64,000 bases of DNA, taken from contig CBDETH010000008.1 of the NCBI GenBank assembly GCA_965242885.1, positions 3,374,937 to 3,438,936 on the forward strand, in the 5' to 3' direction. Numbering within the stretch: the first letter of the stretch is position 1; every line of letters begins with the position of its first letter. This DNA is from a bacterium. Its GTDB lineage: Bacteria; JAAXHH01. The notes below the pieces were generated by a model. That model worked only from the letters and a program-made list of their open reading frames with translations. It ran no database searches and was not told where the DNA came from. A program made the translations under genes and the position numbers. This document shows, piece after piece, positions 28,102 to 36,556 of this stretch.

Positions 28102-30153
28102 ATGGTTACCATGGACCCGAAGTTCTCACCCGACCAGTTCCTCGACATTCGCAGCCACGGCTTCGTCCGCCTGGCCATCGCCGTACCGCGCATACGCGTG
28201 GGCGATCCCGCGGAGAACGTAGCCCATCACCTCGAGCAGATTGAAGCGGCCGGAGAGATGGGGGCTTCCTACGTCCTCTTCCCCGAATTGAGTCTCACCG
28301 GCTATACCTGCGCCGACCTCTTCCACTCCCAGGCGCTGCTGGAAAGCGCCCTGGAGGGCCTGGAAGCCTTGCTCGCCGGCACGGAGGGGCATGACCTGGC
28401 CTTCAGCTTCGGCATGCCGCTGAGGCTGGACCACGCGGTCTTCAACGTCGCGGTGACCTGCAGCCGCGGGGAAATCCTGGCCGTAACGCCCAAGACCTAT
28501 CTTCCCCAGTACCGCGAATTCTACGAGACACGGTACTTCGCCCGGGCGGCTGAAGCGCAGACCGAGAATGTATCCCTCTGCGGACGGGACGTGCCTTTCG
28601 GACCCGACGTGCTCCTGCGCACGGATGATTCCAGGGTGGTGATCTACCCGACGATCTGCGAAGACGACTGGGTGCCGGTCCCGCCAGCCAGCCGGGCGGC
28701 GCTGGCGGGGGCGACCATACTCGCCAATCTTTCTGCTTCGAACATCGTCATCGGCAAAGCGCAGTACCGCGAGGACCTCATCCTGGCCTCCTCGGGACGC
28801 AACGAGGCTGTACACATGTACGCCGCGGCGGGCTTCGGGGAATCGACCATGGACGTGGTCTGGGACGGCCACGGGTTCATCACCGAGCGCGGTTACATGC
28901 TGGCGAAAACGGAGCGTTTTCAACTGGACGGGACCTGCATCACGGCGGACGTGGACGTGGAGGCGCTCACGCTGGAACGTGGCGTCCAGGGTTCGTTCCG
29001 GCAGAACGCCATGGATTACAAGGCATCCTGGCGGTCCGTCTCATTGCCGGGCTTCCGGCCCGGACAGGCCGGGGATGCGGATAACGGTGCCGCCGGAAAA
29101 GGCCGTGAACAGGCGCATCAGACCTTCCATCGCGACATACCCGCCCATCCCTTCGTACCCCAGAATCCGGCCGAACGCAGCCAGCGATGCCGCGAGGTCT
29201 TCATGATCCAGTCCACGGGACTGGCGACCAAGCTCAGATCGCTGCCCGAAGACGCCCGACGCGTCGTCGTGGCGGTTTCCGGCGGCCAGGATTCGACCCA
29301 CGCCCTGAACGTGGCGGTGCACACCATGGACCTCCTCGGCCTGCCCCGGTCCCGCATCGTGGCCCTGACCATGCCTGGTCTGGGCACCACGGATCGGACC
29401 TACACCAACGCCTGCGCCCTGATTCGAGCCGTCGGCGCCACTTTCCGGGAGATCGACATCAAACCCGCGGTGCGAAAGTTTTTCGCGGACATCGAGCATT
29501 CTGAAGACAAGAAAGATCTCGTCTACGAGAACACCCAGGCATGGACGCGGAAATTGGAGGAACTCGCCACGGCCGCCCAGGTCAGGGGCATCGTGCTCGG
29601 TACCGGTGACCTCTCGGAACTGGCGCTGGGCTGGTGCACCATGTTCGGCGACCACGCCAGCCACTACGGGGTCAACGCCGGGATTCCCAAGACCCTCATT
29701 TCCTACCTGATACACTGGACGGCCGACGAGGTCTTCGAGGAAGAACCGGAGGTCCGCGCCGTACTGCTGGACATTCTCGATACGCCCATCTCCCCGGAAC
29801 TGCTGCCCCCGAGCGATCGCGAGATCGCACAGAAAACCGAAGAGGAGATCGGTCCTTACGAGCTGCACGACTTCTTCATCTACTACTTCCTGCGATTCGG
29901 CTTTTCGCCTTCCCGGATCGCCCGGATGGCGCTCCACGCCTTCGAGGGAAAGTACGGACTCCCTGAAATCAAGGCCTGGCTCCGCGTCTTTATCGTGCGG
30001 TTCTTCCAGAACCAGTTCAAACGGAACTGCCTGCCCGAAGGCCCAAAGGTCGGCATGACCTGCATCTCCCCCCGCGGCGACTGGCGGATGCCATCCGATG
30101 CTTCCCCGGCGGCCTGGCTTGCGGACCTGGAACGCATCCCCGATGCGCTATAA
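28102..30153 (+). CDS. nadE: Glutamine-dependent NAD+ synthetase, two-domain (C-N hydrolase + synthetase) long form
   Basis: N-terminal glutaminase domain (FPELSLTGYTCADLF, ICEDDW). The SGGQDS PP-loop starts the synthetase domain. ATG 28102 was chosen. Confidence 0.9.
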   Translation: MVTMDPKFSPDQFLDIRSHGFVRLAIAVPRIRVGDPAENVAHHLEQIEAAGEMGASYVLFPELSLTGYTCADLFHSQALLESALEGLEALLAGTEGHDLAFSFGMPLRLDHAVFNVAVTCSRGEILAVTPKTYLPQYREFYETRYFARAAEAQTENVSLCGRDVPFGPDVLLRTDDSRVVIYPTICEDDWVPVPPASRAALAGATILANLSASNIVIGKAQYREDLILASSGRNEAVHMYAAAGFGESTMDVVWDGHGFITERGYMLAKTERFQLDGTCITADVDVEALTLERGVQGSFRQNAMDYKASWRSVSLPGFRPGQAGDADNGAAGKGREQAHQTFHRDIPAHPFVPQNPAERSQRCREVFMIQSTGLATKLRSLPEDARRVVVAVSGGQDSTHALNVAVHTMDLLGLPRSRIVALTMPGLGTTDRTYTNACALIRAVGATFREIDIKPAVRKFFADIEHSEDKKDLVYENTQAWTRKLEELATAAQVRGIVLGTGDLSELALGWCTMFGDHASHYGVNAGIPKTLISYLIHWTADEVFEEEPEVRAVLLDILDTPISPELLPPSDREIAQKTEEEIGPYELHDFFIYYFLRFGFSPSRIARMALHAFEGKYGLPEIKAWLRVFIVRFFQNQFKRNCLPEGPKVGMTCISPRGDWRMPSDASPAAWLADLERIPDAL

Positions 30154-31177
30154 ACCACCCGGCGAAGTACCTCCCCACTTCCGGCCCGATTCCGTCGAGA
30201 CCTACTGGCGCGTCCCCTACGGAGAAAGGGCGGTCGATGCCCGCGCGTGGGCGGCGGAACACGGCATTCGGCCCTCGGCCGATGACGAATGGCGCATCGC
30301 GCTGCTCCTGGTGGACTGCCAGAACACCTTCTGTCTACCCGAGTTCGAACTCTTCGTGGGAGGCCGGAGCGGCCGGGGCGCCGTGGAGGACAACAAGCGG
30401 CTCTGCGCCTTCATCTACCGCAACCTCCATTCCATCACGGAAATCATCCCCACGTTGGACACCCACACGGCCCAGCAGGTCTTCCATCCGATGTTCTGGG
30501 TAGACCGGGACGGCGAACATCCCACCGGGGGCGAGACCATCATCACTCCGGACGACGTGGAAGCGGGAACCTGGAGCGTCAATCCGGCCGTGGAGGCCTG
30601 GTACAGCGGCCGGATCGATCTTTCCGCCTACGCCTTGCATTACGTACGGCGCCTTACGCGGGACGGCAAGTATCCCCTCATGATCTGGCCCTATCACGCC
30701 ATGCTCGGGGGGATCGGCCACGCCCTGGTGTCCGCCGTGGAGGAGGCCGTCTTCTTTCACAGCATCGCCCGGGTCCGGCAGACGCGCTTCGAGATCAAGG
30801 GAAACCATGCCCTCACGGAGAACTACTCCGCGTTGCGCCCCGAAGTGACGGAAGATGCCGATGGCCGCCCGCTGGGTGTGGAGAACACGCCGCTGGTCGA
30901 CCACCTGCTGACCTTCGACGCCGTCATCGTGGCCGGGCAGGCCAAGAGCCACTGCGTGGCGTGGACGGTGGAGGATCTCCGGTCGGAGTTCGCAGCGCGC
31001 AAGCCGGCCATGACCCCGCGCGTCTGCCTGCTGGAGGACTGCACCTCGCCGGTCGTCGTGCCCGACGTGATCGACTTTACCGAAGAGGCGGAGGAGGCCT
31101 TCGGCCGGTTCGCCGACGCGGGCATGCACCGGGTGCGTTCCACCGTACCCATGGATAAGTGGGGAATTTCGGAGTGA
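30143..31177 (+). CDS. Isochorismatase-family hydrolase (nicotinamidase-like), long form
   Basis: LLLVDCQNTF (catalytic Asp context) and AGQAKSHCVAWT (catalytic Cys context). Overlaps the nadE end by 11 nt. Confidence 0.65.
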   Translation: MRYKPPGEVPPHFRPDSVETYWRVPYGERAVDARAWAAEHGIRPSADDEWRIALLLVDCQNTFCLPEFELFVGGRSGRGAVEDNKRLCAFIYRNLHSITEIIPTLDTHTAQQVFHPMFWVDRDGEHPTGGETIITPDDVEAGTWSVNPAVEAWYSGRIDLSAYALHYVRRLTRDGKYPLMIWPYHAMLGGIGHALVSAVEEAVFFHSIARVRQTRFEIKGNHALTENYSALRPEVTEDADGRPLGVENTPLVDHLLTFDAVIVAGQAKSHCVAWTVEDLRSEFAARKPAMTPRVCLLEDCTSPVVVPDVIDFTEEAEEAFGRFADAGMHRVRSTVPMDKWGISE

Positions 31178-31202
31178 GGACGACCGGCGCGTAGCAGCTG
31201 CC

Positions 31203-32300
31203 CTACCTGCCTGGAGGACAGCAGTCCAGCGGACATCGATCGGGCCAGGGACCCAGGACGCCCTCGGCCGGCCTGGCCGCCGCCGCGGACCCGTCTGCCG
31301 CAGCCGGGGACAACCGTTCTTCGACGAGGTCCTCGATCATGTCCACGAAGCGGGGATGGGTCCCCGCCGTTTCCGCCCGGACCATGCGCACCCCGATTTC
31401 ATCGCATAAAGCCCGCGCTTCCACGTCCAGGTCGTAGGCCACCTCCATGTGATCCGAAATGAATCCCACGGGAATCACTACGATATCTCGGTCCGACTGG
31501 TCCGTCTGGTCCGCCGTGTCCACCTTGTCTGCCCGGGCCGTTCGGGACGTGCCTGCTTCGTGGAACGACCGGATGTAGTCGCGGACGTCGGGTTCCAGCC
31601 AGGGCTGCGCGGGCGGTCCGCTGCGGCTCTGGAAGGTCAGCGCCCAGGAGGACATGCCCACGCGCTCACTGATGAGCCGGGAAGCTTCGCGGAGCTGCGC
31701 TTCGTACGCGCAGCCGCCGGCCATGGCCAGCGGTATGCTGTGGGCGGTATACACGAGGTGCGCCCGCGGACGGCGTTCCTCCGGCAGGCGATCCAGCGCG
31801 GAGCGAACGCGCGCCGCCATGGTTCCGATAAATCCCGGGTGATTGAAAAAGGGCCTGATCTTCTCGATCACCGGTGCGCCGGACCCTGCTTCGCGCCGGG
31901 CATCCTCGATGTTCTCCAGGTACTGCCTGCAGTTAGACCAGGAACTGTACGGCGACGTGACAAAGGCCAGCGCCCGTTGGATCCCGTCCGCAGCCATGCG
32001 CCGGACCGTATCCGGAAGCAGGGGATGCCAGTTCCGGTTTCCCCAGTAGACCGGCAGCGAAAGGTTTCGAGTTTCCAACGCCGCTTCCAGGGCGGAGATC
32101 AACGCACGGTTCTGGCCGTTAATCGGGCTGACCCCGCCGAAATGACGATAATGTTCCGCGACCTCCATCATCCGTTCCCGGGGGACGCGACGGCCCTTGA
32201 GCACGCGCTCCAGGAAGGGGATCACATCGTCCGGGCCCTCGGGGCCTCCGAAAGATACCAGGAGTAGTGCGTCGTAGTTCAACGGGTTTCCTCCCCGCAT
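31203..32300 (-). CDS. hemH: Ferrochelatase, probably coproporphyrin type, with a Cys-rich C-terminal extension
   Basis: YDALLLVSFGGPEGPDDV, HYRHFGGVSPI and VGFISDHMEV. C-terminus CPLDCCPPGR. Repeat-derived ADKVDTADQTDQSDRD insert. Confidence 0.9.
   Translation of the reverse strand: MRGGNPLNYDALLLVSFGGPEGPDDVIPFLERVLKGRRVPRERMMEVAEHYRHFGGVSPINGQNRALISALEAALETRNLSLPVYWGNRNWHPLLPDTVRRMAADGIQRALAFVTSPYSSWSNCRQYLENIEDARREAGSGAPVIEKIRPFFNHPGFIGTMAARVRSALDRLPEERRPRAHLVYTAHSIPLAMAGGCAYEAQLREASRLISERVGMSSWALTFQSRSGPPAQPWLEPDVRDYIRSFHEAGTSRTARADKVDTADQTDQSDRDIVVIPVGFISDHMEVAYDLDVEARALCDEIGVRMVRAETAGTHPRFVDMIEDLVEERLSPAAADGSAAAARPAEGVLGPWPDRCPLDCCPPGR
31488..31535. repeat. About five copies of a 9-bp repeat (CTGGTCCGN), in frame in hemH
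   Basis: cggtccgac tggtccgtc tggtccgcc gtgtccacc ttgtctgcc, read directly. Confidence 0.85.
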
Positions 32301-32413
32301 GGTGTGCCGACTCTGTATTTCCTTGCCATGCTACCGGTTCGACCCTAATTTACGCACGGCTGGACCCATCGGAATTTCGCGTGATTTCTCGAAATAGGCA
32401 ACAGGGAAGCGCA

Positions 32414-33187
32414 GTGAGCCAAGAAACCGGGAAAACCCCCGACATCCTTGAACACGGAGCGCCCGTCGACGGGCAACCCCAGACGGCTGAAACGCGGCTG
32501 TACATGCAGCTCAACGTGTTCACCCTGTCCGGCGCCGGATCCGCCGGTCAGCCTGGTCAGCCCGGCCAGACGCGGCAGACCCGGTCCATGGCAGACGACA
32601 TCGCGGCCAGGCTCGGGAATTCCGGCCTGGACGCCGCGGTGTACCTCGATGTCAACGATCCCGTGGGCATCGGCGTGCTGTTTCTCGCCGAAAACCCCGA
32701 CACCTTCGTAACCGATATCCGGAACCTGCTGACGGAACGGCCTTTCGATGTCCTGGAACGTCGCGGGTCCATGTCGATGCTCGGCAGGACCTACTCCATG
32801 GGATTCGAGCCGGACCTGATGGAATCGCTCATCCACCGGCCGCGCAACACCGTGCTCAACCCCGACTGGCCCTGGGCTATCTGGTACCCGTTGCGGCGCA
32901 ACGGCGCCTTCGCGCGACTGGAACACAAGGAACAGCGCCAGATCCTGATGGAGCACGCCCACATCGGGCGGGCCTACGGCCGGGCCGACTTCGCCCACGA
33001 TATCCGCCTGGCCTGTTACGGGCTGGACGAGGCGGACAACGACTTCGTCATCGGGTTGATCGGCAAGGAACTTTACCCGCTGTCCCGGGTCGTGCAGGAC
33101 ATGCGCAAGACCCAGCAGACCGCGTTGTACATCGATTCGCTCGGACCGTTTTTCGTCGGCAAGAAGACCTGGTCGAGCGACCCCTGA
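32414..33187 (+). CDS. hemQ: Chlorite-dismutase-family protein, likely coproheme decarboxylase (HemQ/ChdC)
   Basis: Chlorite dismutase family blocks (WAIWYPLRRNGAFARL, ILMEHAHIGRAYG, YGLDEADNDFVIGLIG). Divergent from hemH. The start is uncertain (GTG 32414 or ATG 32504). Confidence 0.75.
   Translation: MSQETGKTPDILEHGAPVDGQPQTAETRLYMQLNVFTLSGAGSAGQPGQPGQTRQTRSMADDIAARLGNSGLDAAVYLDVNDPVGIGVLFLAENPDTFVTDIRNLLTERPFDVLERRGSMSMLGRTYSMGFEPDLMESLIHRPRNTVLNPDWPWAIWYPLRRNGAFARLEHKEQRQILMEHAHIGRAYGRADFAHDIRLACYGLDEADNDFVIGLIGKELYPLSRVVQDMRKTQQTALYIDSLGPFFVGKKTWSSDP
32544..32590. repeat. CTGGTCAGC-type 9-bp repeat, in frame in hemQ
   Basis: ccggtcagcctggtcagcccggccagacgcggcagacccggtcc encodes AGQPGQPGQTRQTRS. 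Confidence 0.85.
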
Positions 33188-33197
33188 CCATCCGGCG

Positions 33198-33839
33198 TCA
33201 TCCTTTCGATCCGCCTCGATCCCCTTCCATCGTCTCAAGCGCCTTGAATCCCAGGACGGCGCATGCGGACCCCACGTTCAGCGAATTCTTGTAGCCCCGC
33301 GTGGGGATTTCGACCAGGCCGTCGCAACGTTCCAGCACGCCCCGGCTCACCCCGAGGGCTTCATTCCCGAGCACAATGGCCAATTCGTCCGGAAACACCG
33401 CGGCGGCGTAAGACACCGACTCCGACGTGGTTTCGGCGGCCCACACCGCAATACCGCGATCCTTCAGGCATTCGACCGCGTCGACGGCCGTTTCGAAGTA
33501 ACGCCAGGGAACGTAATCGATGGTGCCCAGGGCGGTCTTCTCCAGTTTCGCGTGGGGCGGGCAAGCTGTATATCCGCACAGGAAAAGGCCCTTCACACGC
33601 AGGATATCGCAGGTCCGGAAGATGGAGCCCACGTTGAATGCGCTGCGCAGGTTGTCCAGGACAAAGTAGAGGGGCAGCTTGGGCAGCCGGTCGTACGCTT
33701 CCTTCGTGATCTCCGCGTCGAAGCTGCGGACTTCGAAGTTCGTCTCCATGTCTCCGGTTTTCCTGGACTGCACGGGGCGTTCCTTCACACAGGGCGCCAT
33801 TCGTGCGCTGCGTTCCTTCGCACGAGGCGTCATACCCAC
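33198..33839 (-). CDS. TrmH/SpoU family RNA 2'-O-methyltransferase
   Basis: SpoU motifs NVGSIFRT, IVLGNEALGVS and IPTRGYKNSLNVGSA. GTG 33839 has an AAGGAA RBS. An alternative ATG lies at 33749. Confidence 0.8.
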   Translation of the reverse strand: MGMTPRAKERSARMAPCVKERPVQSRKTGDMETNFEVRSFDAEITKEAYDRLPKLPLYFVLDNLRSAFNVGSIFRTCDILRVKGLFLCGYTACPPHAKLEKTALGTIDYVPWRYFETAVDAVECLKDRGIAVWAAETTSESVSYAAAVFPDELAIVLGNEALGVSRGVLERCDGLVEIPTRGYKNSLNVGSACAVLGFKALETMEGDRGGSKG

Positions 33840-33862
33840 GGAGGTTCCTTCGAGCGGGACGT

Positions 33863-34675
33863 TCAGGACAGCAGGTCGTTGATCTCTTTTCTCAGTTGTA
33901 GGGTGGCCGCCCGGGCGGACTCGGCGAAATCACGGCCGCTGGAGGAATAGAGGATGGCCCGGGAGGAATTGATGAGCAGGCCGCCGCCGCGATCGTCGGC
34001 GCCTTCCCGGATGACCGTTTCCAGGTCGCCGCCCTGGGTGCCGATCCCGGGGATCAGCAGAGGCATGTCCGGGACGACGGCACGGATACCCGCCAGGGAT
34101 TCCGCCTGCGTAGCCCCCACGACCAGTCCCGCGTTCCGGGCGGTGTTCCACGACCTGGCTGCGTTGGCGACCTCCAGGTACAGCGGGTGTCCGTTGACGG
34201 ACAGGTACTGGAATTCACGGGCGCTTTCATTGGACGTCAGGCAGAGGATGAAAACCCCCCGGTCGGTGTAGTCCAGGAAGGGCTGCACGGAATCCCGTCC
34301 CTGGTAGGGATTTACGGTCACCGCGTCGAAACCGAAATGCTCGAACAGCGCCTTTGCGTACATGCGGGCGCTGTTCCCCATGTCTCCCCGCTTGCAGTCG
34401 CAGATGACCACGACCCCATCCGGTATCACCGTGAGCGTGCGCTCCAGCGCTTCGTAGCCCCTCGAGCCCATGACCTCGAAAAACGCGATGTTCAGCTTGT
34501 AGGCCGAAACGAGGTCCGAGGTGTGCTCGATGATCGCCCGGTTGAACTCGAACAGCGCGTCCGGTGCCGACCTGAGGTGCTCCGGGAATCGATCCAGGTC
34601 CGGATCGAGCCCCACGCAGACCAGGCTGTTCGCCGCGGCCCGGGCGCGGTTCAATCTATCTACGAAGGGTGACAT
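33863..34675 (-). CDS. pyrF: Orotidine 5'-phosphate decarboxylase (type 2)
   Basis: LVCVGLDPD, CDCKRGDMGNS and LIPGIGTQGG. ATG 34675 has an AGAGGA RBS. Confidence 0.9.
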   Translation of the reverse strand: MSPFVDRLNRARAAANSLVCVGLDPDLDRFPEHLRSAPDALFEFNRAIIEHTSDLVSAYKLNIAFFEVMGSRGYEALERTLTVIPDGVVVICDCKRGDMGNSARMYAKALFEHFGFDAVTVNPYQGRDSVQPFLDYTDRGVFILCLTSNESAREFQYLSVNGHPLYLEVANAARSWNTARNAGLVVGATQAESLAGIRAVVPDMPLLIPGIGTQGGDLETVIREGADDRGGGLLINSSRAILYSSSGRDFAESARAATLQLRKEINDLLS

Positions 34676-35610
34676 GGGGCGTCCTCTTGTGAAGGGATTT
34701 GAATGCTTCCGATCAGCGAGCGGACCGAATGCACGTCCGACGCGGCGCACCATTCGGCCAGCGTACGCGCGACAGACGGTCCGGCGCGGGGTTCGACGAA
34801 GGTGGCCGTGCCCACCTGGACGGCCGTGGAGCCCGCAACGAGGAACTCCACGGCGTCTGCTCCGCTCATGATGCCGCCGATGCCGATGACCGGGACGTCC
34901 ACCTGGCTTGCGATCCGGTAGACGGCCGCAACGGCCACGGGCTTGATGGCCGGACCGGACAGGCCCCCCGTGACCGCGCCGAGCATGGGGCGGCGCGTAC
35001 TAATGTCCACCGCCATGCCTCGCAGGGTGTTGATGGCCGATATGGAGTCGGCGCCGGCTTCTTCGACGCTGCGGGCGATCTCCCCGATGTCCGTAACGTT
35101 CGGCGTGAGCTTGGCGATGAGCGGCAGTTCCGTGATGCTCCGCAGCCTGGAAACCAGTTCCGCCGCGCGCCGGGGATCGGTGCTGAAGTCCATGCCCCCG
35201 GACACGTTCGGGCAGGACATGTTGATCTCCAGAGCATCAATGCCTTCGCAGTCCGACAGGCGTTCGGTCACGTAGACGAATTCCTCCACCGGACCTCCAC
35301 CCACGTTGACGATCAACGCGGTGTCCACGTTTCTCAAGTAGGGCATCTTGTCCCGGATGAAGGCCTCCACGCCCACGTTCTGCAGTCCGATAGAATTGAG
35401 CATGCCGGCGGCCGTCTCCGCGGCCCGGGGCGGGGGATTGCCCGGCCAGGGTTTTGGCGTGAGCGTTTTCGTGACGATGCCGCCGAAATCGGAGAGATCC
35501 ACGAACCGCCCGTATTCCGAACCGTATCCGAAGGTGCCCGATGCGGCGAGCACGGGATTCCTCAGCTCCAGCGCACCAATGTTTACCGTCAAATCAGGTT
35601 GTGCCGTCAC
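34660..35610 (-). CDS. pyrD: Dihydroorotate dehydrogenase, class 1B catalytic subunit
   Basis: NPVLAASGTFGYG, NSIGLQN, NMSCPN and GIGGI. GTG 35610 forms a GTGA overlap with the pyrK stop. Confidence 0.9.
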   Translation of the reverse strand: MTAQPDLTVNIGALELRNPVLAASGTFGYGSEYGRFVDLSDFGGIVTKTLTPKPWPGNPPPRAAETAAGMLNSIGLQNVGVEAFIRDKMPYLRNVDTALIVNVGGGPVEEFVYVTERLSDCEGIDALEINMSCPNVSGGMDFSTDPRRAAELVSRLRSITELPLIAKLTPNVTDIGEIARSVEEAGADSISAINTLRGMAVDISTRRPMLGAVTGGLSGPAIKPVAVAAVYRIASQVDVPVIGIGGIMSGADAVEFLVAGSTAVQVGTATFVEPRAGPSVARTLAEWCAASDVHSVRSLIGSIQIPSQEDAPCHPS

Positions 35611-36515
35611 AGCACGACCTCCTGCATGTCGAACACCGGGCCGGCGTCGCAAACCCGTTCGTAGCGTCGGGATGCCGACCGTGCATCGGGGACCTTGCCG
35701 GGGGCGGCGCCGGGGTCGTTACCGGGGGCGGTATTGGGGGCGTCGCAGGCCACGACACAGGCCATGCACACGCCTACGCCGCAGGGCATGATCCCCTCCA
35801 GGGAGACCTGTCCGTCGATACCGGCTTCCCGGGCGATTTCCTGGCAACGCCGCATCATGGGCGTCGGACCGCAGGCATAGAGATAGGTGCATCGCCGGGG
35901 CGAGGAGGCCAGTTCCCGTTCCAGCAGGTACGTCACCAGGCCGTGGTAGCCCGTCGTACCATCGTCGGTCGCCAGCCGGACGTCGACCCCGTATTCGCGG
36001 AATTTCTCTTCCCCGCTCAAGAGGCCCGCCGTGGCCGCGCCGAAGAGCACCGTTATTTCGGCCGACCGCGCCCGTCCATCCCTTGCCGTCTCCTGGGCCA
36101 GGGAGAGAAAGGGCGCCACGCCGACGCCCCCGGCGACCATGATCACTGGCCGTCCCGCCCGGACTGGTTCGAACGTCCTTCCCAGGGGTCCGAGCACGTC
36201 GACCCGTTCTCCACGGCGCCGCGTTGCCAGGATCTCAGTTCCGCCTCCGACGATCCGGTATATGAGCCCGAAAACGCCGCGTTCCGGATCCCGTTCCGCT
36301 ATGCTGAAGGGGCGCCTGAGCAAGGGGGTGTGCCGGAGCCAGGTCTGCCTGCTGCTGTCCTCCGAGACGTCGGAAGCGATCAGGTGTACGAAGTGACCGG
36401 GCAAGGCGTGTCGTGTGATTTCGGGTGCCAGCAGGTCGATCCAGTACAGGCCGGGACCGATTTCACGGTTGGCGAGGATCTCGGCGTCATACTGGCAGAT
36501 GGGGATGGTGGACAT
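35607..36515 (-). CDS. pyrK: Dihydroorotate dehydrogenase electron-transfer subunit
   Basis: RRPFSI FAD motif, GGVGVAP and C-terminal 2Fe-2S cysteines (CGVGVCMACVVAC...C). Adjacent to pyrD. Confidence 0.85.
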   Translation of the reverse strand: MSTIPICQYDAEILANREIGPGLYWIDLLAPEITRHALPGHFVHLIASDVSEDSSRQTWLRHTPLLRRPFSIAERDPERGVFGLIYRIVGGGTEILATRRRGERVDVLGPLGRTFEPVRAGRPVIMVAGGVGVAPFLSLAQETARDGRARSAEITVLFGAATAGLLSGEEKFREYGVDVRLATDDGTTGYHGLVTYLLERELASSPRRCTYLYACGPTPMMRRCQEIAREAGIDGQVSLEGIMPCGVGVCMACVVACDAPNTAPGNDPGAAPGKVPDARSASRRYERVCDAGPVFDMQEVVL

Positions 36516-36556
36516 GCTCCACTACAATACAAGCGGACGGACCGGATGTCAACGCA

